From Haplodiscus bocki (Eukaryota): a DNA stretch of 64,000 nucleotides. Of this stretch, positions 24,109 to 36,840 are shown one piece after another. Under the pieces are notes generated by a model that worked only from the letters and a program-made list of their open reading frames with translations, was not told the origin of the DNA and ran no database searches. A program made the translations under genes and the position numbers. The stretch's first letter is position 1. Every line of letters begins with the position of its first letter. The stretch covers positions 75,020,001 to 75,084,000 of the forward strand of contig OZ296658.1 in the NCBI GenBank assembly GCA_965655095.1, in the 5' to 3' direction.

Positions 24109-27100
24109 GTGATCTAGACCTATTCTTCAGAGGACCGTTCTTTCTCCACCGCGTGAACTGCTTGCAGGTTTTCAAAACCAACATCTCCTTTCGCAATCGA
24201 CCGCAAGGTGGTTGCTGAAAAAAACATGCACAAAGTAACAGGTTTCGGAAAAAAAAATTAATGTTGTCCTCGTTCTTTCATACCAAAGTTTGTTCTCCTG
24301 CTTTTTTCAATCTTTAAACCTATGCTTCTATTCTCTTGTTTATGATAAAGTTTAACTTTCCAGTACTTATCAGTACCTAAAGGTTAATTGTTGGTTTTTG
24401 TAGAACTGTGAACACTAATGTCAAATTAGTTGTTGTTGAACAATGGAAATTAGTTTGCAACTGCCGACGACTTCTCTCTGTAAACTTATGTCTTTCAGTA
24501 GCTTAGAACATTGTGCTAATTCGTGTTGCTTTTGAATGTGGATTGTTGATTCGTGTAGAAGTTGTGAACTTTTCATTTTATGCAATGAACTTCTTTCTTG
24601 TTATGTTAAACATTACTATCCGTTCATCACCGAACGTTTTGAACTTTGAAACGATGTCTTGCTCTTTTATCGGGCTCAGTGCACTCTCTCAGTTTGTTGC
24701 TTGACGTTTGATACAGTGAACGCTTTGTAAAACAGGGAAAAGGAAAAGAAGCAGAAAGTGTTGTAATTTTCTCCAACAGAAGAATGGGAACAAACTTTTA
24801 TACGAAATTTTAGAGAAGTTTTATTCTGAAGTCTATACAGGTTCATTTGCTTCATTTAGGTTGTTTTCACAAAGTAACAGCTGGGAACCTACTGCCTACA
24901 AATTGACAACAATGGTGCGAAACTTTTTGAGAAAGTTAAAACACTTTCGCGGGTGAAATTTTGATTCGTTCGGAAAAAAATTCTGTTTTCGTTCCCAGAA
25001 ACTCATCAAACTTGAATTTGTTTGTTAAAGGAACAGCTGCTTTCAAAACATAGCAAGCTAAATTTTCCTGCCGACGTTCGCTATGCGCTTGTTTAAGTGT
25101 CATAATCAAATTCTACGGCAAATTTTGATTTTTTGTGATTTTTATTTTTTTTTCGAAAAATTCGTCATAACCGTCATTTGTTTCGGCACTTTGGCCAAAA
25201 ATTTTTTATCGTCAAAAAATTATCTTTCAAGTTATGGAGTCAATTTCACAATGGAGCCGCTCCAGAGCGCAAACTATGTACTTCAATGTGGGAGCTATGA
25301 CGAAATGATCGATTTTCGGCATTTTTTTCCAACTTTGATCCGTCATACCTCCACACCTATGACGAGTTGGCAGAAAATTTTTCGCATGCGTATAGGTCAC
25401 AGTTTATGTGCTTCACACAAAAAGTTTCGGCCAAATGCATGTGGTTACTTGCAAGGCTGTCGATTAAAAACTGCAAAAAAGGGCCAAAAAACAGAATCAT
25501 CCCGTCATAATTCCTCAACCATTTTTGCTAGAATGATCTAACCCGCACCATTGTTCTTAGAATTGTAAAGTATGCCTGCATACAAAGTTTGAACCAAATC
25601 GTATGGGTGGGAGCTGAGATCGCTATTTCTACACCCCCGTTTCCACAGATGTAAAACACTAACTACTAAAACGGCTCGGCAAAGGGGCCCCTCCCCCGCC
25701 TCGCAAAGGCCTGATATGGGGCAAAAACCCCTGACCACCCAGTGGAGGCGACGGTAAAAATTACCAGAAGGCGGGATTCTTTGCATCCAATTTTTTTTGC
25801 TGCATCATTTCTGGTGATTGGTTCTTTTTTCTAAAGGGTTGTTTTTATAAAAGGAAACTGTTGTTTTTTTATTTACGATACCTTACTCCAGGCTGAAGAT
25901 TAGCTCACACGACGCGGTACAACTGATACATGGATACATGGACAGTTTGTCTCACACCGTAAGATTGGGTTTTTTCCGCAAAACCTATAGTTTTCTTGAC
26001 TTTTTTAAAAGTTGACAACAGCAGCAATGAAGGATGGCAAACATACTTTCTGCTCGATTTTTATACAAACTCAGGTCAAAACGGCACTAATGTAACAAAT
26101 TTTTAAAGTTGTCAGCTGCAGAAATAATATTTAACTTCACCCACTTACCCGTGACCGACTTACATAACAATGAACGTTTTCATTGGATATCCTTCCCATT
26201 TATTTAATCCGGAATTTTTCAAAGAAATCATTGGCTTGCAGAATGGGTGATGTACCTGAAGCATTTCTTGGTGGTCCTCCATACCGTTTTTTGTTCTTCA
26301 GAGAAACAATATTGGTGTTGCGGGCTCGTCCACGTCATTTGGCCTTTTTCATACATGAAAAAGTACAGTTAGGTGTTCTGTACCAGAGAAATTCATGAAC
26401 AAAAAGTTCCGCGCCAAAACATTTCATCCATTATGTAACTATTTTATTCATGCACCGTTCAAAACGCATTAAATACGTTTAATGCGTCCAGAAGCAGAAC
26501 AAAAGGATTAATGGTAACTAGCCATTTTCATCATTGACTTGAGACACTTGTCTCCATTGTCTCCATCAAGTCATCGTCAGCCATAGATTATGACAAGTTA
26601 AAGGCCACTTTGATGACGTATCAGTGCTGATAGTAGACTAAATGTGTGTCTTTCTTTTGTCAAGTGGTGAAATTCGTGCTTTGATTTTCCTGATTTTCAG
26701 CTTTTACCAACAATAAACGTGGTTAGTGAAAGGAATCGAAACAGTTTCTGAAGGTATCATGCTCAGTTAAAACGATGCTTCTTTACTATTGATGACTTTC
26801 AAGAGTGGTTTCGATTTTAAGAATTTTTTTCTTCTACAGACCGAACCAGAACTGTCGCGTTTCACAAACGTTTTTGCGTGAGGTTCTTGGAAGAGGCTAT
26901 TCGGTCGGTTCCGACGCATACATAACGGAGTTTTACACTTATTCCAAAATAACTTTTGAATTTTGTGTAAAAAATTACTTGTTGTCAGATAAAATGATCA
27001 GCGAACGAGCATGTTATGGATACGTTTTATTCTTGTGAAGTTTTGTCGAGGTTTCTTTTTGGATATTGCGTTTTTATATCAAATCGTAAATTGTTTCACG

Positions 27101-29169
27101 TGAACTCGGCATCGCCAATTTCCAATCCCGCATTTGAACCCTTTCATGTAGATACTTTTTCGTATGTGATAGAAACGTATGAACTGTTCATCCTGTAATT
27201 CCTGACTCACTGAAGTCTCAACTGATTTTGGTGAACAATTTTTGGCTTGTGTCGATAAATTCGGCGCATTAACTTTGGTAAATTACTTTGCTAACGTTTT
27301 CCTGGGAGAAGAGTGCTGTGTAACGCTTGTCAGAATCGCTGGCTGACTACTAATACTTTTCAATAATTTCTAAAACTAAAAGGGGGACTACGCTGTTATC
27401 ATCGTACATGAAATGTTGAAATAGTTAATGGCGCATTGGAGACGTGGGAAATTGAAAAGTAAACAAAATAATCGTTACTTTTAATGTATCCCCTTGGTTG
27501 CCAACGTTGACTGGCATTAGAGGAACAATTTCTACAGGTTCAACAAAGTTGAGCATATTATTGGTTTTGCTTAGGAGGAGAACTTGCTTTCATTTACTTT
27601 TTAACCGCCTGCGGCCTAAACACCGGTCACGTAACATTTAGTGTTCGCCATTCGTTAGCTGGTGAGTTTGGTGTCAGTCATGCGGTAAACTGAAAACAAG
27701 GGATAATTTCTTAGACAAACAGACCGTTTCCGCTGTCAGTGCGGGAATGAAAGATTACGTAACGTTCTTGTTTCACGCTTTTCAAATAAGGGTTTTATCT
27801 CTTTTCAACTGAGCAGTAAAACGCTGTAACATGATATCCTACTTTGTTCAACAGTTCAATGTCAGTTTAATTTAAGCTAATTTTTCATGTTCATTGCTTT
27901 AGATATATTTGCTGTTCTTATCGCCAACTACAGGACGGTTAAGTTTCCAGCAGTAAAAAGCAAGCTTCAGATTGATTGCCATTGTAGTCAGCTTGAAGTA
28001 AAGGCAGATAATTGTGTAGTCTGTGTCATTATAGGAAAATTCTTCATGATTTTCGGGTGCTCATTAAAAATAACGTTCGAATATATGAAAGGCAGATTAA
28101 ACTTGAGTATTTTTTTGTTTTTGGTTGTGCTGTGCTGGCAGGGAAGAAAATGATGCAATTTTGCGTGTATCTGCAAAAGTTTATTTTCGTTTTTGTTTGT
28201 GTTTGCCAATTGTCACCATATTGAGTAAATTAATGACAAAAAGTGTGTTTCTCGTGCAGTTGTGTGAATGGTCTCTGTTTCATTCCACGTCAAAAGGGGC
28301 AAGTAATTGGCTGGTACCAATTATCGCAAGTGAAAGTTTTTGGGGAATTTTGACATACGCCTCCTTCCTGTAGGAGTTTGCTGGTTTTTGTTGCAGACCC
28401 AAACTTGCGACCTGAAGTCAAAGATTTTATATCGGCTTCCCTTTCTTGAAGGGTTAATTTGGAAAGTAGTTTATTGCTTCTTGTAAATGTTTAGAGACTT
28501 TCATTGTGTTTTCTATGTGCTTTGCCTGTAGGACTTTTGCTATTTGATGTCGGCACGAGTGAAGCACTATATGTAAAAGGCATCTTCCCAAAGACTTGGT
28601 TTCGCTCAGAGGCCTTCGCAAAACCAAGGCGCTTCTGTTTTTCATTATTCAATTCGCAATGGAAACTGTAACCGTTATGGAAACAGTCCTTTCCTAAAAA
28701 CTTCAAAAAGGTTTGAAATGCAGAAAGGAATAAATGTCACATTTTGTATGTCGAATTCATAGCAGCCTCTGGAGCTCTATTTGTCGCAAATAGGTCATTG
28801 GCGACTTCAATTGTTTGGGGTCTGTAATTTTTTTTTGTGTTTCAAATAGGTATGGTAAATTTTGACATCCTGCTTCCTTTTTTTGTGCAATCAAACCTGC
28901 AACCAAAAAGCAAAACATGAAGCGTCGCCGTTGTACTTCGTGTGGACAATTTGCTGTTGCAAGCCATGTTTGCTTGAAGGACATTGATCGAGAACTTCAA
29001 TCTGATGAGCCGCTGGGCATCTTATACAAAATTCCCGACGTTTCAATCTCCGTTTCACCAGTTGCAAGAAGTGAAACTCTGAACTGTCTCTCAACTTTAG
29101 GTCTAAGTGATTTTTTAGTCTCTCCAGACGTTTCGATCGCAAATGACAGTATCATTTGTACTTTCCGTC

Positions 29170-29595
29170 CGGCGCGTGTAACTGCGATTCTTGGCGATGG
29201 TAATTGTCTTTTCTCATCCTTAGCAGTTGCTCTCGGTTTGTCACAGGATTGTAGTTCAATTCTACGGAATATAATTGTTAGCAACATGATGTTCATCAAC
29301 TTCCCTCCAAACAGCTTACAAACCACAATTTACTCCGCTGATTTTCCAAACCAATACCGTGTTTTGCTTTGTACGTCGGTTCAAGAGTACCTCAGTTTGT
29401 CGAAAATGGAAAAAAATGGAGTCTTCGGAACATGCGTTGAAATATACGCGTTTTGTCAGATTTTCCAAGTGGACGTATATTTATACCATGTTCCTCTGAA
29501 ATCCTGGTTGGTTTATGAATTCTCTCTGAGCACGAATCGACGTGGAATTTTCATTCAGCAAACCTGGAATGCAAAACACTTCGAAGTAATCAGTC
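29170..29595 (+). other. OTU-family cysteine protease domain within ORF1
   Basis: ILGDGNCLFSSLA (Cys box, Cys codon 29205), FGTCVEIYAF, and HFEVI (His codon 29577). Confidence 0.88.
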
Positions 29596-32579
29596 AGTTG
29601 GTTTCAGTCGCAAATGAAGAAAACGTTGCAGGTTCACAAAGAATTTCGTGTCTTGGTTCCAACGCAATGCATTTGTCTTTGTCAATTTTGGGAGAAGATA
29701 ATAAATCTTTCAGGTACCCAGAAAACACAACAGGGGTGCCACCAGCGAAAAAAGCAAAACACACTGCGGATCCATCCACCTGGAAGACACGCCTTGAAAC
29801 TCACGTCACACGCACTCCAAGTCAAAAATTCTGTAACGCAAAGTCTGATCAAAATTTTCCGATGCTACCGTTGTCAGAAAACGCTACCAAACCTGTTGTG
29901 GACAAAGAAATACCCAAAATCAAGGATCTGTACACTAACACTGCTACGGCTTTACACAGTGATGCGACGACTGAACAAACGACAGATGGTAAATCTAAGT
30001 CTGCTGACGGAGAGTTTTGCGGCAAATGCTTGCGACAATCCACGCTGCAATATCCGTTAAAGCTTTCTCAGAAACAAAAATCAGATTTTAAAAACAGAAT
30101 GTTTGGTAACCGAATCAAGGACGCTTTTCCCATATTATGCAATCAATGTCTAATTTACTGCACTTCCGAACGCATCGAGTGGAGTCACGCATGGCCGTCT
30201 GTTTTTTTCACGCTTTTGAGTGATGAAAAAATGCCCAAGGAGCAGCAGTTGAATGTTTTAACGTTGTTATCTTGGGAACTGAGACAGCAATGGATGGGTT
30301 GCTTGGAAAAATTTACTCCATGTGTCCAACAATTTCTCAATGGGAAACAAATCAATGGGAAATGTGTCGTTGACGGAACCGCTCGTTTGCATTATTTCCA
30401 GAAACTGATCAAAACTCTTCTACAAGAACAAATTGCAGTTGCTTTGGATAAAGAACCTTACCCGAACGTTCGGTGCCCATTTGGTTGCTGGTGTTTCATT
30501 GAAGAATCCGGTTTCATCACTGCGAAACACTTTTTGAATCTATTCGACCCAGCTTTCACATCTTTTGGAGCTTCTAGTCATTTGCATGTTAGAGGAATTA
30601 GGTCAGATTTCTTGGTTCCAAAGTCATCATTGCGGAAGTTTCTAATTGCAACAACTGTGCGTGTAGACGAAGAAGAAGGATTGGTTGTTCACGCTTGCCC
30701 CATGCACTCGAAGGGGTCGTCTGTGCAATACCTTCATCCTCCATCGCATCCTGTCCTGTCAAGAACTGCGTTAATTCACGATGAACGTTTGAGTATGGTG
30801 GCACCAACAATTTCGTGGATAACAAACATTAAAGCAAATTTCGCCAGTCATACCTACCAGTTATTGAAAAGTGTTGGTTCTTATAGTGGAATGAGTACAG
30901 TTCAGTTGCGGCGGCGAACGCGTTGGGACATCACCAGCGATATCTTGTACCACGCTGAAGGCCTCGCTTGCCGTTTTCGAGAAGATGTTAAAACGAAGAT
31001 TCGTGAATGGGTGAGAGAAGGTAAAATCGTTGAAGATGTAGCTTTGGGGATTCTTGACTATCCTGCACAGATTGAGAACATTTCAGACTGTTTGTTGCCT
31101 GCCCTTTCTACAGATTTGGAGACTTGTGTAGAATTAGCTAAATTTCTAGATAAAAATGATAAAGACTATTTAAACAACGTGGAAGCTTTGAGCTGTTATT
31201 CCTTCGCCCACGGAACCTGCGAGTATGGTTGTTCGCCCCCTCCTCTGAATTGTAGAGGCAGCAATGTTTTTTGGCTTGTACAAGCTGCACTGTGTCTGTC
31301 ACCGTTGATGTGTCGTTCTTTGGTGACATCAGGTAAGTATTCTGTGACCTTGAAGCCTTTGATATCTTTGCTGAGGAATGTCTTTATTACCTCAAAGGCA
31401 ATGAAAAAAACCAGCAATACCCTACTTCTACAGCGCTCGGAAGAAGCAATAAACACCTTGCTAGAGAAAAACCGAACTGAAGAGCAGTTAAAAGGTGTGA
31501 AGTACTGTTGTTGCCATCTCGCAGCACAATTTTTGGCAACTGTGTCTGAGAATTTTTGCCACATCCCCTTAACGAATCGAAAAAATATAACTTGTTATAC
31601 AAATGTGCAACTTCCCGTTGAAACAACTCACGCTATATTCACCACCAATTCTCCCAATAATTTGCGGAGCAAAAGAGAACCTCCGTTAAGGTTGGTTGTC
31701 AACGATATCGGCTATGAACTGATTGCAGTCGGAGCAAAGGACGGAGGCCCGGCCGCCGAGCCAAGGTTGATGGTTCGACATGCAGGTGACTTCCAAAAGT
31801 TCTGGCTTTTGGAGAAAAGCTGCAGATACGCTAGGAAGATGACAGAATCTAGAACTGAGGCTTTGAGTTCAGGTCTTCGTGGATGTTGGACGATAGCATT
31901 TTATGAGAAATCAAGAAATCTTGAATTAGCTGATTTGAAATGGAACTTTCTGAGCACTTTGACGGGTCAAGGCGTCTTCATCTGTGAATCTCATGACGTT
32001 CCTTTGACAAGAGACTTCAGAAAGAGCAGTTTTCGTTGTAGATGCACCCGTGCTTCTTTTTTGCGTTGCCCTTATTCCCAATGTAACAGTTGCGTATGCA
32101 AGCGTCACTTCAACGAAGGTCTACAGAGTCGGAATAGGCGTGTTCTTGTTGATCCAATGCCGATGTCGAAAAAGAGGGGAAATACGCAATTCTCACCTGT
32201 TAATTCAGAGTCGTCTACCATGCAGGTTGTATCAGAAACATCATCTATTGTAGAGTCAATCGAATCAAGCGAGCCTGATGCAGCAGGAATTGCCTTTGGT
32301 AGGGTGTCCAACAACAATTTTTCTGTTGTTGGGGATTTCTCTTTCGAAGTTGACAACCATGAACCTCTTGAAGACAGCATGAATGTATTGGCTAGTCTCC
32401 AAACTTGCCCTGATAAAAAAGCTCTTTTCATTGATCCACACCGAAAAGAAGATCTTTTCAAACTGCCACTTCACATTCTGCTCAATTCTCAATGCAACCT
32501 TTTGTACCGGCATAAAGGGAGTCCAATCAGTTTGTCGCTGAAAGAAAAACGTTTTTTAGAAAACATTGCAGCAACTTCC

Positions 32580-34010
32580 ACGACAGCGCTGCCTCTAATT
32601 CAACCAGAAGCTCTTTTGTTTCCATCAATTTTTTGGTGTCAAGCTAACAACGGTAGTTTTCATGGAGCAATACCAGCCGCGCTTTACAACAACTCCAAGT
32701 ACAACAGACAACTGGGTTTTGCTGGTTTGGAAGACATGCTTCGTACGAGAATCAAAGATGGTTCGCTGTTGACATCATGCAATCCAACTTATTTGCAGTA
32801 TGTGTTTGACAGCCTTTTGAACATGCAGCTTCACAAAACTGATGTTAGATTGGTTTTAAATCGGGGATGGCAGGAAGTGAGTTCCGGCCCTACAAATTGT
32901 TCATTTGTTTCAACGCAAACATTCAAGTTTGACTGTGCGGAAAGTCGTAAAAATGTCTGTGAACTCGCAGCTTTAATTCGAGATAAAAATCCAACGTACT
33001 TTTTGACATATACTTGCAGCCAGTCGACCCATCCTGGCGTTAGAAAAATTTTTCAGGCGCTCTATGAAATGTACCCACCAGAAACTACAAAAAAAGAACT
33101 GCTCTCTGCGGCCATTCAAGCAGAATTGATGCCGATGCTCAGGTGTTGGTATAGAGCTTCACAATACGTAATGGAGTGGGTGAAAAAATCTCCAGAAAGA
33201 CCACTGGGACCGGTATCCCACATTTGGATGCGGTATGAATGGCAGGAGGAGACAGCTGGGTTCCCTCATTTGCATGTGATACTTTGTACTCCAGAAGACA
33301 AGTTTTCTAATGAGGTGAGATCTCGAGTTTGCTGTTGAAAAGAAACATTTTTGGGTGCATTAGAAAGCAGTTGCCCTCAATTAACGAAAGACGAAAGGTT
33401 GCATCTCGGTGAGTTATTTCAAAAGTATCAAATTCATAACTGTACCAAAGGGCGTCAGCGATGCCATAAAAAAACAGATCGTCTCAATCAGCCAATTTGT
33501 CGTGTGCCAAGATATCCACCATCGAATGCATTTTCGTTCAAAGAAGTTCCCATTAACTTCTCTTCTGAAACAATGGACTTGTTACAAGCCATGGACTTAG
33601 CAGACATTGACGTTAACACGTTGTTGCCGAAGGTCAAAAACCCTCTAATTGCCGGGAAGCATCACTATCCCACTGTGTCTAACGAGCATTTCTCGCCAAC
33701 CAATGCAGCTTTGTTTGCACTGACACAATCAAGCACTAACGTTCAAATTTGCGACGATTACATGGCACCCCGTTACGTTGTGAAGTATGCAGCGGGCATT
33801 GAATCTCGAGCAGCAGCCACAATTGTTGCAGGTCAGACAGAGAACAGTGTGAAGTTTCTGACAGAACCGATAGAACATGAGAAGATAGCAGGTGTTCGAG
33901 CTTGTTTGAAAAATTTGCGCCAGGAAGAGAAACGACAATCAGTAAAAGGTCGTATTGTCAGTATTACTGAATGTCTTTGGTGGTGCTTACAACTTCCTTA
34001 CGTCTGCACA
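32580..34010 (+). other. Helitron-type HUH Rep endonuclease domain within ORF1
   Basis: Motif I YFLTYTC (32997). Motif II RYEWQEETAGFPHLHVIL (His codons 33267 and 33273). Helitron-like HNC..C..C cluster. Motif III YVAKY/YVVKY (33774-33788). Confidence 0.88.
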
Positions 34011-35119
34011 AATGTTGACTTTGTACATGTGCCTACAGTTCCCAAAGAATATCGTTCAGGAATTGTAATTGAGAAACGTTTTCACAAGTCTCCGAATTTC
34101 AGTGCCACTTTCACTGATGGAGTACGTGTGCGGAAAGAATTGTTGGAACTCCCAAAACTTCGACAATTTACAAAAAGTCAAACCCTCCTCCTAGCAGATG
34201 TTGAAAACAGTTTCATTTCTCCTGACAAGGTAACTGTTTTTGGACTGAGGCCGGCGGAACTTTTGTTCGTATCCCAGTTAAAAGACTACTTCAGCTAGTT
34301 TGTGCGGTGGAAACCCAGAAGAACAAACTGCCTTAGCAATCACGAGAAGTTCTTGAAAAAAAGTTTACGTAAAAGCTGCTGGGTTGATGCACTTGGATAT
34401 TTGGTTAAACTGCGCCCATCTGCTGTTAACTCTTTCGTAAGTCTCTGTCAAGAAAAGTTTGGTGAAGAACGGAATCAGTTCCTGAAACGCGAAATGAGGA
34501 AACACATTGTTCCCATTCTTGAAAACAAGAACAGTTCTCAGTTCGTTGCTCATTGGAAAAACTTGTCAGAAGAAGAGGCCGTTGTTGTTCTCAGCAACAC
34601 TCTACCGAATAACCCAACAAAATTTTTACTTCATCTGTTACTGACCGTCGGGAAACTTGACACTGAGTTGGACATCTTGAACGTCCAAAGTTTCGAAGAA
34701 GCTTTCATAAAAGCGGGTATTTTGCTAAACTCAACCGTCACTGATGGCGAAGTGAAAGAAATAGCTAAAATGTATTTGCTGGAACAGCTTCGCTTCACTC
34801 CAGGGTCATCTAAATTGATTGACACTTACTTGGTAATGGCCCATAGTGTCATATCGGAGGCACTGTTAAAAAATAATCTATTTTTTGCTGCTGCTTTACC
34901 ACCTGTTCTGGACAAAAGTGTCCTGGAGGAATGCGAAGAAACAGTCACAATTCAACTGGCTATGGAAAAGTGTAAAATGATAGCTTTCCTTCAGACATGT
35001 CAGACTGAAATACCTGCAGAGCAAACGATGATCGACGCCACTTTCAATACTCCAGTGCCTTGGAAGCCACTTTTACAGAAGAGCTCGGATCAAAGTAAAA
35101 ACTCATTTTTAGAGCAGCG

Positions 35120-36440
35120 TCAAGTTTTGGACGAACTCATTAATTCAATAGACATGTATAAACGAGGACATTGCACTTTCATAAGACATCAGATTGTTTT
35201 CGGTCCACCGGGAAGCGGCAAAACTTTTGTGATGCTGAAGTCCCTTGCTTACGCCTTATGCCAAGGATTGCATTGTGTGGTGACATCCATAGCAGCCGAA
35301 AGATCTGCTGCTTTAGCTGGAAAACATCTAAATGCTTTGATACCATTTCCAGTTGAAAAATGTTGCTCTGCAGAATCACTTTCGAAGAAAGCTCTGTCCA
35401 ATTTACAACGATCTCCTATCAAAAGCCGAGTTTTACAGTACTTAGACGTAATTTTCGTTGAAGAACTTTCGATGATATCTAGCGAGCTTTGGGCAGCGAC
35501 AGATCATGTTTTGCAAGTTGTCACGGCAAATTATGTTCCTTTCGGCGGAAAACTCGTTGTCGCAACTGGTGACTTCTTTCAACTTCCCCCGCCCTCTGGA
35601 TCTTACTTGATGAGTTCCTCTTTTCCCTTAACAACCTTTGCTTTCCACAATTTGAAAAATTTCGTCCGAATGCGGAACAAGAACGGCCAGGAACTGTTAT
35701 CATTGTTATCAGCAACGCCTGAAACAGATGCCAATGCAGAAAGAATTTGAAAAATTATGGAAAAAGATTGCAATTTTGTACAATCGTGGAACGACGTGCC
35801 GAACGACAGAATTCGAATTTTTGCTACTAGACAAGCGGAACGAAAAGCAACCGAGAATAAAATCAATGAAGTTAAATGCAGCAGAACACAATTCTTTGAA
35901 AGTGCGTCCATCGACGAAATGTGCGTTTCGAGCACCGACAACTGGAGTGAGGCGACTGCAACAGCGTCGAAGTTCCTGAACAAAAAGTGCCTTGAGCCCC
36001 AATCACTTTTTCTATACCCCGGTGCTATTATGAGATTAACTGTCAACAAACCATCCATATCAGCATATCAAGGTCAACTTTGCGTCCTCCTGACTTTGGA
36101 TACCATTGAAAATGGTACCCTAACAGTTGCTCTTGCTCCAGCTGGTTGCAGAAAGATCCCGCCACTCTCTGTGATCAGAAACAGTTGGAGGTGTGTTGTT
36201 ATTGGCAAGGAAACCGGTGTAGCCTTCCGATTAAACCATAAAACAGTGTGCAGGAGGATACAGTATCCGTTAAAGCTTTTTGTTGCGTCCACCATTCACA
36301 AGACCATGGGCGAAACTCTGCCGATGGTGGCAACGCAAATAGTGGGGTCACGAGATTTTGCTTTGTGGCTTCCTGAGCAGTTGTATGTGGTTATGAGCAG
36401 GGTAAGGAGTTTGAACCATGTGACTTTTGTGGGCACGAAG
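35120..36440 (+). other. PIF1-family (SF1B) helicase domain within ORF1
   Basis: GPPGSGKT (35202), IFVEELSMIS, PFGGKLVVATGDFFQLPP, LKNFVR, QYPLKLFVASTIHKTMG and QLYVVMSRVRSL. Confidence 0.93.
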
Positions 36441-36605
36441 GAGGAGAATAGAAGAGCAGTTTTAGACTTAGTCCGCAAAAAATCACAATGGGCTGAGCTG
36501 ACTAATGAAATTCTGACAAAAAGTTCTGCGCGCCATCCCACAGTTTATCATGCCAAAGCATCGCCTTTTCCACCATCAACTCGTGACCTACCTACCCAAA
36601 ACTTG

Positions 36606-36840
36606 GGTTTCTGTTACTTGCTGCAGAGTGTCCCACAAAGTCAGCTGTTGTACATTGGCTCCACTATGTCATTGGAGCGTCGTCTGAGGGAACACAATTC
36701 TGGATTAGGTTCCAAGTTCACAAATTTTACAAATCGGTTGCCCTGGAAAGTTTGTGCCTATGTAACTGGGTTCAATTTAACCAATGCGTCTCATAGAGTC
36801 CGCGTATTTGAGAAAGAATGGCTGGATGCAGCATCGAACT
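36606..36840 (+). other. SLX1-like GIY-YIG endonuclease domain at the ORF1 C-terminus
   Basis: GFCYLLQS...LYIGST...RRLREHNSG...RLPW...GF...FEKEW matches the SLX1 pattern CYLLxS/YVGST/RRLRQHNG/RPW/GF/FExAW. Confidence 0.88.

Larger units (their letters stand above)
11016..25749 (+). mobile_element. Long Helitron-like element L2 (complete, 14734 bp)
   Basis: Junction to junction: leader, ORF1 14180-22248, ORF2 23098-24108, terminal block. Confidence 0.88.

Noticed and set aside
33336-35750. In-frame stops in ORF1 as programmed readthrough or an alternative genetic code
   Set aside because: Other copies have sense codons for different residues at the stop positions (Ser, Trp, Tyr, Cys, Leu, Gln), and all three stop types occur across the copies, so these are nonsense mutations.
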